IMG/VR virus record: IMGVR_UViG_3300032239_000119
Location: 1-37,420 of that record
Source of the DNA: a virus
Taxonomy: Duplodnaviria; Caudoviricetes
Strand: one strand, 5' to 3'
Length of the DNA: 37,420 nucleotides
Both the position numbers and the translations under genes were made by a program. Below the pieces are notes generated by a model. It had not been told where the DNA came from and did not search any database. It saw only the letters and a list, made by a program, of their open reading frames with translations. Position 1 is the stretch's first letter. Every line of letters begins with the position of its first letter. Shown in pieces: positions 16,276-26,373 of this stretch.

Positions 16276-17424
16276 ATGCAAAAATATTTTAGCTATGTGC
16301 AGACCGACAAGGGTCTAGCCGTTGTTAACGCTTTGGTAACGGTCACTACCTATCCAGGCGGCATAAACGCGGCTATCTATTCAGATGATGGCGTAACTCC
16401 GGCTGCGAACCCTATTACCACTACTAGCTTAGGCTTTTTCCAATTTTATGCTGCTGATGGTCATTACAGCCTTACTATTTCAGGTAATGGCATTGTAACT
16501 ACTACCGTCCAAGATATTCTTATCGTTGATGATGGCTCTACAGGTAATTTAACTTTTAATACCTTAACGCTCACTACATCCGAAGCTATTACAGGCACTA
16601 CTAATTCAACATCCACTACTACCGGCGCTATGGTTACGGCTGGCGGCCTTGGTGTCGCTAAAGCAGCTTGGATTGGTGGTTTGCTTAATGTTGCAGGTGC
16701 AACTACCTTACAAGGCGCTTTATCCGTTACCGGCGCTGTTACTTTAGCTAATACTCTAACTATTACTGGTGTGGTTACATTAACCGCCCAACCTATTCTA
16801 TCTACCCTTACGGCTTCTCAAGCGGTATTTTCTGACGCTTCTAAGGGTTTAGTTTCTAACGCTATTACGGGTACTGGCAACGTAGTAATGTCTACCAGCC
16901 CTACCCTTATAGGTACTATTAATGCAGCGAGCCAAACTTTATCTGGCTCATTAAGTATCGGTACTACATTAGGCGTTACTGGTAATACCACATTAACAGG
17001 CGCTTTAGTAGGAAATTTAATTACTGACTCTACTTCTATTAGCACAGGCGCAATAAAGACCGCAGGTGGACTTGGTGTTACCAAAGCCTTATGGGTAGGC
17101 GGTTTAGCCAATATCGCTGGCGCTGTAACTTTACAAAGTACATTAGATACTACGGGCGCTGTAACTTTGCAAAGCACATTAAGTGCTACGGGCGCTGCAA
17201 CCATTTTAAGTGGCACTGCAATCCCTGCTGGTGGTACGGCTGGCAGCGGCGTTAAGCTATCTAGCACTTCTAACTTTGGTATTTTCTTTGGTAGTAGCGC
17301 TCCAACACTTGCGGCGGCTAAAGGATCTCTTTATCTTCGTTCAGATGGTTCAACTACAAATGATCGTATGTATGTCAATACGAATGGTAGTACCGCTTGG
17401 ACTGCTGTAACTACAAGCGCTTAA
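16276..17424 (+). CDS. Fibre protein with internal STSxxTGA..xAGGLGV repeats
   Basis: N-terminal IYSDDG...NP.TT...G.F.FYAADG domain; C-terminal GSLYLRSDG...YVN...W motif. Confidence 0.7.
   Translation: MQKYFSYVQTDKGLAVVNALVTVTTYPGGINAAIYSDDGVTPAANPITTTSLGFFQFYAADGHYSLTISGNGIVTTTVQDILIVDDGSTGNLTFNTLTLTTSEAITGTTNSTSTTTGAMVTAGGLGVAKAAWIGGLLNVAGATTLQGALSVTGAVTLANTLTITGVVTLTAQPILSTLTASQAVFSDASKGLVSNAITGTGNVVMSTSPTLIGTINAASQTLSGSLSIGTTLGVTGNTTLTGALVGNLITDSTSISTGAIKTAGGLGVTKALWVGGLANIAGAVTLQSTLDTTGAVTLQSTLSATGAATILSGTAIPAGGTAGSGVKLSSTSNFGIFFGSSAPTLAAAKGSLYLRSDGSTTNDRMYVNTNGSTAWTAVTTSA
17119..17197 (+). repeat. 36-bp tandem repeat (GAVTLQSTLxxT)
   Basis: GGCGCTG at 17119, 17155, 17191. Confidence 0.8.
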
Positions 17425-17435
17425 AGGAGTTTTAA

Positions 17436-18191
17436 ATGACTATTGTTATTGCCCCCGCAAGAGTTAGTTCTGGCGCACAACCTGTAACCGCAGGCGATCA
17501 AATCAACTCTGCCTTACGTTTAATTGGTATGTTGGCAGAATCAGAAGTACCTTCTGCCGCTACATCACAAGATGCGCTTGGTGCTTTAAATCAAATGATG
17601 GATTCTTGGTCAACTGAGCGTTTATCTGTCTTTTCTACGCAAGATCAAGTCTTTACTTGGCTACCTAATCAAATTCATAGAACACTAGGCCCAACAGGAG
17701 ATTTCGTAGGCAACCGTCCAATTACATTGGATGACTCTACTTATTTTAAAGATCCAACTAACGGCATTTCGTTTGGTATTAAGATTATTAACCAACAACA
17801 ATATGACGGTATTGCGGTTAAAACGGTGACATCCACTTATCCACAAGTAATATGGATTAACATGGATTACCCTAATATTGATATGTATGTTTACCCAGTG
17901 CCTACAAAAGCATTGGAATTTCACTTTATTTCGGTTACTGAGTTAACTCAACCTGCTACTTTAGCAACTACTTTAGCTTTTCCACCAGGCTATTTAAGAG
18001 CCTTTAAGTATTGTTTAGCTTGTGAAATTGCAGCCGAGTTTGGCGTAGAACCATCTCCTTCTGTAGCTCGAATTGCAATGGCTTCTAAGCGTACGCTTAA
18101 ACGCATCAATAATCCTGATGACATTATGTCCTTGCCTTACAGCATCGTGGCAACTCGTCAACGATTTAATATCTTCGCCGGAAACTACTAA
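17436..18191 (+). CDS. Head-to-tail adaptor (P22 gp4-like)
   Basis: TAGDQINSALRLIG..D.L.ALN.MMDSW; PPGY..A..Y.LA.EIA.EFG. Confidence 0.75.
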   Translation: MTIVIAPARVSSGAQPVTAGDQINSALRLIGMLAESEVPSAATSQDALGALNQMMDSWSTERLSVFSTQDQVFTWLPNQIHRTLGPTGDFVGNRPITLDDSTYFKDPTNGISFGIKIINQQQYDGIAVKTVTSTYPQVIWINMDYPNIDMYVYPVPTKALEFHFISVTELTQPATLATTLAFPPGYLRAFKYCLACEIAAEFGVEPSPSVARIAMASKRTLKRINNPDDIMSLPYSIVATRQRFNIFAGNY

Positions 18192-19633
18192 TGAAAACGC
18201 CTATCTTAGGACAGGCGTACGTCGCGCGGTCAGTCAATGCTGCGGATAACCGCATGGTTAATATGTTCCCCGAGGCTACGCCAGAGGGCGGTAAAGAAGG
18301 CGGTTTTTTAAATAGAGCGCCTGGGCTTAGGCTTTTGCAAACGGTTGGTACAGGGCCGATTAGAGGGCTTTGGACACACCAGACACGCGGTCAAGATGCG
18401 TATGTTGCTTCTGGCAATGAGTTCTATAAAATCTTGCCTGATTATAGCTATACGCTTTTAGGCACAATTTCTGGTACTGGCCCTGTATCTATTTCTGATA
18501 ATGGGACACAACTCTTTGTTGCGTGTAATCCTGATGGTTACATTTATAACGAAGCTACTAATGTCTTTTCTCAAATTACCGATCCTGATTATGCTGGTGC
18601 AGTAACAGTTGCTTATATTGATGGCTACTTTGTCTTTAACCAACCTGATTCGCAAATTATTTGGGTAACAAGTTTATTTGACGGCTTAGTAATTAATCCT
18701 TTAGCTTTTGCGGCGGCTGAAAGCTCACCAGACAATATGGTGGCTTTGGTAGCCAATAACCGTGAAGTATGGATGTTTGGTACTGGCACAATTGAAGTTT
18801 GGTACGACGCGGCTACAACGCCTTTCCCTTTAGCGCCAATTCAAGGCGCTTACAATGAAATTGGATGTGTGGCTGCTTTTTCTATTGCTAAACTTGATAA
18901 CAGTATTTTTTGGTTAGGCGCTGATCCGCGTGGCTATGGAATCATTTATCGCAATCAAGGTTACACAGGTATTAGGGTTTCTACTCATGCTGTAGAGTAC
19001 GCCATTCAAAGTTATCCTACGATTACTGATGCCGTAGCGTATACATATCAACAAGAAGGCCATGCCTTTTATGTAATTAACTTCCCTACCGCAGACCGTA
19101 CTTGGGTTTATGACGTAGCAACTAAAGGCTGGCATGAACGTGCAGGGCTAAATAGCGCTGGCATATTTACCCGTCATCGTGGCAATTGCCAAATGAACTT
19201 CAATGAAACCACGGTTATAGGCGATTATCAAAATGGCAATTTATACGCCTTAGATTTAGAAGTCTATGCTGATAATGGATCTGCTCAAAAATGGTTACGT
19301 TCGTGGCGTGTATTGCCCCCAGGACAAAACAATCTTAAGCGTACTGCCCAACATACCTTACAACTTGATTGCGAGTCTGGTGTGGGCTTAAATGACGGCC
19401 AAGGTAGCAATCCTCAAGTCATGCTGCGCTGGTCTGATGATGGCGGTCATACTTGGTCTAATGAGCATTGGGTATCTATGGGTAAGATCGGTGAGTATGG
19501 CTATCGTGCCATCTGGCGTCGGCTTGGCATGACTGTTAAGTTACGTGACCGCATCTATGAAGTATCAGGTACGGATCCTGTCAAATTGGATATTATCGGT
19601 GCCGAGCTAATGATTAGCGGTACTAATGCTTAA
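18191..19633 (+). CDS. Tail hub/DNA stabilization protein (P22 gp10-like)
   Basis: 480 aa beta-propeller-like; VMLRWSDDGGHTWS, WRRLG. Confidence 0.88.
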   Translation: MKTPILGQAYVARSVNAADNRMVNMFPEATPEGGKEGGFLNRAPGLRLLQTVGTGPIRGLWTHQTRGQDAYVASGNEFYKILPDYSYTLLGTISGTGPVSISDNGTQLFVACNPDGYIYNEATNVFSQITDPDYAGAVTVAYIDGYFVFNQPDSQIIWVTSLFDGLVINPLAFAAAESSPDNMVALVANNREVWMFGTGTIEVWYDAATTPFPLAPIQGAYNEIGCVAAFSIAKLDNSIFWLGADPRGYGIIYRNQGYTGIRVSTHAVEYAIQSYPTITDAVAYTYQQEGHAFYVINFPTADRTWVYDVATKGWHERAGLNSAGIFTRHRGNCQMNFNETTVIGDYQNGNLYALDLEVYADNGSAQKWLRSWRVLPPGQNNLKRTAQHTLQLDCESGVGLNDGQGSNPQVMLRWSDDGGHTWSNEHWVSMGKIGEYGYRAIWRRLGMTVKLRDRIYEVSGTDPVKLDIIGAELMISGTNA

Positions 19634-20612
19634 CATTACCTTATTACCTTCGTCTAAAGTACCTTTAATTTACGAGGGTACGACTACCATGTCAACTGAA
19701 TGGTATCGTTTCTTTTGGAATATCTATGGTTTTACAGGAAGTTCTAACGGCGCTATACCCGTCAATAAAGGCGGTACAGGGCTTACTAGCATTGGTAATC
19801 ATCAATTTATCATAGGTAATTCCGCAGGTGCTTTTGAGCCTGCCACGCTTTTAGGTAGTGGAATTACCATCACGTATGGTACAAACACGGTTACTTTAGC
19901 GATTGGTAACTCAGGCGTTACGCCTGGCACATACGGCTCTGGAAACAGTGTAGGTCAATTTACCGTTGATATTCACGGTACTTTAACTTTTGCAAAAAAT
20001 GTTTCTATTGCTATCGACGCAAATCAAATAATCAGTGGAACTATAGCTCCAGCCCGCATCTCTGGTTCGTATACAGGCATTACAGGCGTTGGTACGTTAA
20101 CAGTCGGTACTTGGAACGCTACTACGATTGGCACTAATTACGGTGGTACAGGTCAAATAACTTACACCGATGGGCAATTATTAATTGGCAATACTACAGG
20201 GAACACGTTAACTAAAGCCACATTAACCGCTGGTTCGGGAATAGCTATTACCAACGGTTCAGGCGCAATTACGATAGCCACAAATGGCACATTTATTACT
20301 TCCGCGCCCGTTACTAAGACGGTTGACTTTACTGTTGGCGCTACTGACACTTGGATTATTAACAATAAATCGGCTACGACTTGTGTAGTTACGCTTCCTA
20401 GCGCGGCTACTTATACAGGGCGGGCGTTGTATTTTCAAAATTATCAAGCCCAGTTACTTAACTCAGCAAGCTCTAACGTGGTGGCTAGGGCAGGCGGCGC
20501 GGCTAGTACCGCTATTCTTGCCGCTATTGCAGGTGATACAGCTACGCTAGTATCAGACGGATCCAACTGGATAACCATGCAATACACCCCTAACAATTGT
20601 CTATTGGTCTAA
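19626..20612 (+). CDS. Tail needle/fibre-like protein (P22 gp26 position)
   Basis: EWYRFF N-terminus, GGTG repeats, C-terminal VTLPSA...LVSDGSNW knob. Confidence 0.65.
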   Translation: MLNITLLPSSKVPLIYEGTTTMSTEWYRFFWNIYGFTGSSNGAIPVNKGGTGLTSIGNHQFIIGNSAGAFEPATLLGSGITITYGTNTVTLAIGNSGVTPGTYGSGNSVGQFTVDIHGTLTFAKNVSIAIDANQIISGTIAPARISGSYTGITGVGTLTVGTWNATTIGTNYGGTGQITYTDGQLLIGNTTGNTLTKATLTAGSGIAITNGSGAITIATNGTFITSAPVTKTVDFTVGATDTWIINNKSATTCVVTLPSAATYTGRALYFQNYQAQLLNSASSNVVARAGGAASTAILAAIAGDTATLVSDGSNWITMQYTPNNCLLV

Positions 20613-20613
20613 T

Positions 20614-21444
20614 ATGGAACTGATTGCCATTACCGAAGAAAAAGTGCAAATGCTTGAAGCGGCGTTCTTAGAACAACCTCAAGTTGATTGTTCTGTAATA
20701 CATCGGTTCGGCCCAGGCGTTTATATTCGTGAAGTAACAATCCCCGCAGGTACGTTATCTATTGGACATTACCAGACTACAACACATCTAAATAATATGC
20801 TGACTGGCAAAGTAACAATGGTCAACGAAGATGGCTCGCATACTGAGTTAGTAGCGCCGCAAACCTTTATTAGCGCGCCTGGGCGTAAAATTGGCTATAT
20901 TCGTGAAACAATGGTTTGGCAAAATATATACGCTACAAACGAAACAGATATAGAAAAGCTAGAAATGATGTTTTTGCGTAAAAGCGAAACATGGGAAGAA
21001 AATCAAAAGAATCAACAACTACTGTTATCTTTTGACCATTCTGAAGATACCGCTGACTATTATCTTGCTATTGCCGAATATGGCTTTAACCAAGAAACGG
21101 TGCAAACGCAAGTCCAGAACTTAAACGACCAATGTGACTTTCCTTTGGGTAGTTACAAGGTTATGGTTGCGCCATCAAAGATAGACGGCAAAGGTCTATT
21201 TGCTACTGGAAATATTGAAATAAACGAAATAATTGCCCCCGCACGTATTGACGACAAACGCACCCCAGCGGGAAGATTTACCAATCATTCAAAAAATCCC
21301 AACGCCAAGATGATTTTGTTAGATAATGGCAATATAAACTTGGTGGCTATTACAGCTATTGAAGGTTGTAAAGGCGGTAATTTGGGTAAAGAAATCACAA
21401 TTGATTACCGTCAGGCGTTAAGCCTAGCAATAAGGAGAAATTAA
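20614..21444 (+). CDS. Cupin-like domain fused to a SET-domain lysine methyltransferase
   Basis: N-terminal HRFGPGVYIREVTIPAG..GH cupin pattern; C-terminal SKIDGKGLFA, RFTNHSKNPN, EITIDY SET signatures. Confidence 0.82.
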   Translation: MELIAITEEKVQMLEAAFLEQPQVDCSVIHRFGPGVYIREVTIPAGTLSIGHYQTTTHLNNMLTGKVTMVNEDGSHTELVAPQTFISAPGRKIGYIRETMVWQNIYATNETDIEKLEMMFLRKSETWEENQKNQQLLLSFDHSEDTADYYLAIAEYGFNQETVQTQVQNLNDQCDFPLGSYKVMVAPSKIDGKGLFATGNIEINEIIAPARIDDKRTPAGRFTNHSKNPNAKMILLDNGNINLVAITAIEGCKGGNLGKEITIDYRQALSLAIRRN

Positions 21445-21445
21445 T

Positions 21446-22171
21446 ATGTCTGGAGTCGCAACCGCTGTTGTAGTAGGAACTGTAGCCGCAGGGTATATGG
21501 CTTCAGAAGCATCTAAAAGCGCCGCGCAAACGCAAGCTAATTCTGCTAGTCAAGCTACCGCAGCGCAACAAGCTGCGTTAGATAAACAAATTGCGCTTAA
21601 TCAGCCTTTCTATGATGTTGGTGTCGCCGCAAATAAAGGGTTATCTACCCAAGCGCCATTAAATCCAAATAACTTTAATTACCAAGCAGACCCAGGCTAT
21701 GCCTTTAGGCTTACTGAAGGCAACAATGCCCTTAATGCGTCTGCGGCAGCTAGAGGTGGTTTGATCTCTGGTAATGCTTTAAAAGCAGCGCAAGCCTATG
21801 GTCAAAACATGGGATCACAAGAATACCAAAATGCGTATAACCGATATACCCAAGCGTACGGCATTAATACGGCTAACCAACAGTTCTTAGCCAATCAAGG
21901 CCAAGCGTCTGCTAACCAGACTGCTAATGCTATTGGTCAGTTTGGTAACGCATCAGCCGCAAATACTATTGGTGCTGGTAATGCGCTTGCGGCTGGGCAA
22001 GTTGGTTCGGCTAACGCCTACACAGGCGCACTTAATACAGGTATTAGCGCCTATCAGACTAATCAATTGATTAATCGTTTACCTCAACAAACACAAACCC
22101 CGACATATAGCTATGTTGGTGGTAATGATGGTAACTATGGCCCGACTCAATCTGGCGGCAACCTCTATTAA
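21446..22171 (+). CDS. Internal virion/ejection protein (P22 gp7-like)
   Basis: A/G/Q/N-rich; DPGYAFRL..G..A...SAAARGGL.SG. Confidence 0.78.
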   Translation: MSGVATAVVVGTVAAGYMASEASKSAAQTQANSASQATAAQQAALDKQIALNQPFYDVGVAANKGLSTQAPLNPNNFNYQADPGYAFRLTEGNNALNASAAARGGLISGNALKAAQAYGQNMGSQEYQNAYNRYTQAYGINTANQQFLANQGQASANQTANAIGQFGNASAANTIGAGNALAAGQVGSANAYTGALNTGISAYQTNQLINRLPQQTQTPTYSYVGGNDGNYGPTQSGGNLY

Positions 22172-22180
22172 GGAATAATT

Positions 22181-23323
22181 ATGCCAATTGACCCAAGTAT
22201 TCCCCTTCAAGTTCAAAATTTAAAAATAGATTCAGGCGCTAATCAATTAGCGATGATGGAGTCTGCCGCTAAGTTAGGTGAACTTAATAGGCTAAATGAA
22301 GATAGAAACGCGTTGCGTGGATTAGATCCTAATGCGCCTGATTATCTTAATAAAGTAACCCAAATCAATCCTAAGTTAGGAATGGAAATAGGCGCGCATC
22401 AGGCTACTATTAAGAAACAAGCCGCAGAAACAACGGGTATTGAACATACTAATCGCCAAAATCAATTTGCCGATTTATCTTTTAACCCTTCTAATGAAAA
22501 TATTACCGCGCATCTTCAAGATAGTATTTTAAAAGGGCAATTACAACCTGACCAAGCACAAGGATTGTTAAATAAAGTTTTACCAATGAACCCGCAACAA
22601 CGTCAACAATTCTTTACCGATATGGGTATGAAAGCTAATGAACGAGCTACTTTAACAGAACAAAGACAACATAATCGTACTACTGAAGGCATTGCAGGCG
22701 GTCATCTTGCAGTAGCTCAACAAGGCTTAAGCCAAGGTGCAATTCCCGCTGGCTATCGTATGAACGCCAATAAGGAACTTGAACAAATCCCTGGCGGCCC
22801 AACAACAGTTGCGTTAGCGCCAAAAGACTTACAAGCACGGGAAGCTAAATATCCTCAAGCTACATCTTCTGTTAAAACTTTTGATTCGTCTGCGGATGAA
22901 CTTGTCCGTGATTTAACTGCGCTTAAAAATAGTCCTGGGTTATCTTCTATTACAGGTGTTGCGGCTGGTCGGATGCCAGGCTTAACTTCTGAAGGGCGCG
23001 CGGCTGAAGCTTTGTATAAGAAAATTCAAGCTAGAGGCGGTTTTTCAGAGCTTCAAAATTTACGCAATTCGTCGCCAACAGGCGGTGCTTTGGGTAACGT
23101 ATCAAACCAAGAAGGTCAACAACTTAAAAGTGCTTTTGCTGCAATTGATCGTACCCAAGATGCACCAGATGTTATCCGCGCAATTAACGATGCTATTGTT
23201 AAAGTACAAGGTGGTAAGCAACGTATTCGAGATGCGTACGATATGACATACGAATATAAAGGTGGTGGAACGCCAAGTAGTACGGCGCCCAAAGGTGCGG
23301 CTGATCCTTTAGGAATTCGGTAA
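22181..23323 (+). CDS. Ejection protein (P22 gp20 position)
   Basis: MPIDPSIPL N-terminus, GGALGNVSNQEG motif, DPLGIR end; synteny. Confidence 0.7.
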   Translation: MPIDPSIPLQVQNLKIDSGANQLAMMESAAKLGELNRLNEDRNALRGLDPNAPDYLNKVTQINPKLGMEIGAHQATIKKQAAETTGIEHTNRQNQFADLSFNPSNENITAHLQDSILKGQLQPDQAQGLLNKVLPMNPQQRQQFFTDMGMKANERATLTEQRQHNRTTEGIAGGHLAVAQQGLSQGAIPAGYRMNANKELEQIPGGPTTVALAPKDLQAREAKYPQATSSVKTFDSSADELVRDLTALKNSPGLSSITGVAAGRMPGLTSEGRAAEALYKKIQARGGFSELQNLRNSSPTGGALGNVSNQEGQQLKSAFAAIDRTQDAPDVIRAINDAIVKVQGGKQRIRDAYDMTYEYKGGGTPSSTAPKGAADPLGIR

Positions 23324-25395
23324 TGGCAACCATTGCTGAGATCCGTACTCAGTATCCTCAATATTCGGATATGCCAGACGCTGCGTTGGCAGACGCGCTT
23401 CACACTAAGTTTTACGCAGATATGCCTAAAGCAGATTTTGAAGCTAAGATTGGTTTAAAGCCTGTTGACAATAGACCTACTTGGGGTCAAGAGAACCCTA
23501 AGACCTATGAAGTAGCACAAACAGCACGTAAATATCTTGGCCCAGCAGTTGAAGCGGCGGCGATGGTTGGAGGCGGCGTATTAGGCGCACCTTTAGGGCC
23601 AGCAGGCGCTGTAGGTGGATCTGCCCTAGGCTATGGTGTTGGTAAAGAAATTACTAATTTAGCTGATATTGCTTTAGGCAACGTAAAACAACAAGCGCCT
23701 ACCGCTGATGTTAGCCGCGCAGCTAAGAATGTATTAGAAGGCGCAACAATGGAAGCTGGCGGTCAAGTAATAGCGCCTGTTTTAGCTAAAGTTGTTGGCA
23801 AAGTAGTTGATATTGCTCAAATGCCTTTGCAAAAAGCAGCCAAAATGACTCGAGATGCTTTTGGTTCGGATATTGATTTAGCTGTAAATGCTTTGCGTAA
23901 CGCCAAGCCAGGTATGAGCGTATCTCAAACTATTGCTGATGCAGGAATTGTTAATCCTACAGCGCAAGCATTGATTCAAAGAAGTCTTGCAAAAGACCCT
24001 GCATTTATAGCCAAACTTAATAATCTTCAACAAGACGAAGGCGTTAATGCGCTTTCTAAGTTAGTTGGTGGCGTAACCCAAACGGAAGCTAGAACAGCGC
24101 AAGCAGGTGCTAAAAATGCGCTTAATACTGCATTAGAGCCAGTTAAACGTAATGAATTACAAGCCGCTAATATCGCTGGTACAACAGGTAAAGAATTACA
24201 AACCGAAGCAGATCGCATGGCAATGGCAGCGACTAATAAGGTCGAAGATGTACGTCGCTTTGAAGCGGCTATTCCGCGCGCTAAAGAAATGGCTAAAGCT
24301 AAAGTCGCCGAAACAGGCTTATCAGGAACAGGCGTTTATAACTATCCCGCTGAATTAGCTGTTAAAGCTGATGAAGTAGCCGGGCAAGCTGCTAACGCTT
24401 CTTTACGTTTTGGTGAGGCAGCGCAGTTTAAGCAAGCCGCCGTTGATAGTTTAGCTTCACATGGCTTAAAACCATTAGAACCAGCGCCTATTATTGGTAG
24501 TATTGCCAAAATTAGTAAAAACCCTGAGTTTGCGGGTAATACCGATATCTCTACATCACTTGGTCGTGTAGCTAAAGACATTCAAGCATGGACTAAAGAT
24601 GGCGGTGTAATTGATGCGTTTGCGCTTGATGCTATTCGTAAGAATTCTGTTAACGCCGCTATTCGCGATCTATACCCCGCTGCGGATGCTAAAGTACAAA
24701 AGCAATTGGCTGCGGGCGTATTGTCCAAAATTAAGCCCTTAATTGTTGATGCTATTGAATCTTCAGGTGGTACAGGTTATGGCAAATATCTTGAAGATTA
24801 TGCTGCTGGCGCCAATAAAATTGCCCAACAAAAGTTAAGTGCTGAAGCGATGGACTTGTATAAGAACAATCCTAAAGGCTTCATTAACTTGGTTAAAGGC
24901 GAATCGCCGGACGCCGTTGAAAAAGTTTTTGGCCCAGGCAACTACGACATCGCCGTTCAAATGGCTGATGACTTAATGAAACCTGCGGCGCAAACTAAGA
25001 TGGGGGTACTTAAAGAAGCTACACGTATCCCCGCGGCTAATATTGAAGCTGAAAAACAAGCTAGTATGGGTCAAGAAGCGTTGCGTGATTTATTCATGTC
25101 ACATCTTAATAAGTTCCGTTTGCCTTCTTATTTGAGTGCTGTATTTTCAACTACTAACAAAGGTTTGCAAATCCTTGAAGGCGCTGTTGGTACTAGAACA
25201 ATGAAAACACTTACAGAAGGTTTTAAGTCAGGAAAAAGCGCTGAAGAATTGCTTTCTACGCTTCCAGCAGACCAACGTAATAAGATTATTGGTCTTTTAT
25301 CACAAACAACGTCTAAAGGCGTACCAGTCTATTTAAATCAAAATCGTCTTACGCCACCTGAACAACCACAAAACAATAATGCTCTAGCGAGATAA
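23323..25395 (+). CDS. Large ejection protein (P22 gp16 position)
   Basis: IAEIR.QYPQYSDM.D..LADALH.KFY N-terminus; Gly-rich hydrophobic segment; ends NNNALAR. Confidence 0.7.
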   Translation: MATIAEIRTQYPQYSDMPDAALADALHTKFYADMPKADFEAKIGLKPVDNRPTWGQENPKTYEVAQTARKYLGPAVEAAAMVGGGVLGAPLGPAGAVGGSALGYGVGKEITNLADIALGNVKQQAPTADVSRAAKNVLEGATMEAGGQVIAPVLAKVVGKVVDIAQMPLQKAAKMTRDAFGSDIDLAVNALRNAKPGMSVSQTIADAGIVNPTAQALIQRSLAKDPAFIAKLNNLQQDEGVNALSKLVGGVTQTEARTAQAGAKNALNTALEPVKRNELQAANIAGTTGKELQTEADRMAMAATNKVEDVRRFEAAIPRAKEMAKAKVAETGLSGTGVYNYPAELAVKADEVAGQAANASLRFGEAAQFKQAAVDSLASHGLKPLEPAPIIGSIAKISKNPEFAGNTDISTSLGRVAKDIQAWTKDGGVIDAFALDAIRKNSVNAAIRDLYPAADAKVQKQLAAGVLSKIKPLIVDAIESSGGTGYGKYLEDYAAGANKIAQQKLSAEAMDLYKNNPKGFINLVKGESPDAVEKVFGPGNYDIAVQMADDLMKPAAQTKMGVLKEATRIPAANIEAEKQASMGQEALRDLFMSHLNKFRLPSYLSAVFSTTNKGLQILEGAVGTRTMKTLTEGFKSGKSAEELLSTLPADQRNKIIGLLSQTTSKGVPVYLNQNRLTPPEQPQNNNALAR

Positions 25396-25397
25396 CA

Positions 25398-25649
25398 ATG
25401 GATCAAACTTTATTCAACATAGCCGTTACCATAACTGGCTTTCTGGGCGGCTGGTGGCTTAAGGTACTTTGGGACGCCGTTAAGGACTTGCAATCAGCCG
25501 ATAAGATTTTGGTTGAAAAGGTTGGTTCCATTGAGATTTTGATTGCTGGCAACTATATGTCTAAGCATGATTTTGACAAGATCGCCGCCGCTATATTTGC
25601 CAAGCTCGATAAAATTGAAGATAAATTAGACCGAAAGGTAGATAAATGA
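25398..25649 (+). CDS. Putative holin/antiholin (1 TM plus coiled coil)
   Basis: N-terminal TM; KLDKIEDKLDRK.DK tail; start of the lysis cassette. Confidence 0.55.
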   Translation: MDQTLFNIAVTITGFLGGWWLKVLWDAVKDLQSADKILVEKVGSIEILIAGNYMSKHDFDKIAAAIFAKLDKIEDKLDRKVDK

Positions 25650-26194
25650 TCTACGTTTTATACCCGCTGTTAGTACCCGTCAGTCTGATTTTAACGCTAG
25701 TTGCTATCATCCTAGCGCCGGTATTGCCTGTATTGACTTCTAATCAAGAAGGATGGCTCGACAACCACGCTAAATGGGGATATGGGCCACGTTTACCAAC
25801 CTGGCTATCTTGGTTCCAAACACCTGACAATTCGCTTGATGGCGACGCTACATTCGAGCGCATAAACGGTATTAGCTACTGGGCTAAGGTCAAATGGCTT
25901 TGGCGCAACCCATGCTACGCGTTTGCGATCCGCTATCTAAACAATCCCTATTACACCCAAGTGTCAGGTGATAAGACTATCAAGGACAATGACAATGCGA
26001 AGGCAGGCTGGTGCTTGGTTCACGCTAATGGACTATTTCAATTTACTCTTGTTACCCCTATTGGCTATAGCCGTTGTATATATATCAATTTGGGTTGGAA
26101 TGTGCGTGGTCTGGTGGATGATAACGTCCAACCAAAGCCCGATCCTTATCAAGCAACTTTCGTATTTTCACCGAGAATAAGTGGCTTTAGATGA
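25646..26194 (+). CDS. Membrane-anchored Trp-rich hypothetical protein
   Basis: N-terminal TM; LP.WL.WF.TPDNSLDGD, WLWRNP. Confidence 0.7.
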   Translation: MIYVLYPLLVPVSLILTLVAIILAPVLPVLTSNQEGWLDNHAKWGYGPRLPTWLSWFQTPDNSLDGDATFERINGISYWAKVKWLWRNPCYAFAIRYLNNPYYTQVSGDKTIKDNDNAKAGWCLVHANGLFQFTLVTPIGYSRCIYINLGWNVRGLVDDNVQPKPDPYQATFVFSPRISGFR

Positions 26195-26373
26195 AAATTC
26201 ACAAGTCAAAGACGATGTGGTTTTCGTTGGCGCTTGTGATCTTCGGCGCTTTATTTGATAACTTATCCTATGTCCAAAACAGTATTGATCCAAAATATTA
26301 TGGCTTTATCCTTATTGGGGTTGGCATTATCGTTGCTGTACTTCGCTTTGTAACTTCTAAGCCCATCGAGTAA
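26191..26373 (+). CDS. Putative class II holin (2 TM)
   Basis: KSKTMWF, two hydrophobic helices, LRFVT.KP end. Confidence 0.7.
   Translation: MKIHKSKTMWFSLALVIFGALFDNLSYVQNSIDPKYYGFILIGVGIIVAVLRFVTSKPIE

Noticed and set aside
16818-17267. Long antisense ORFs opposite structural genes (also 9919, 15594, 24342 and others)
   Set aside because: Shadow ORFs from codon bias; no SD or motifs
9701-20612. Diversity-generating retroelement or invertase tropism switch acting on the fibres
   Set aside because: No reverse transcriptase, recombinase or TR/VR repeat pair visible
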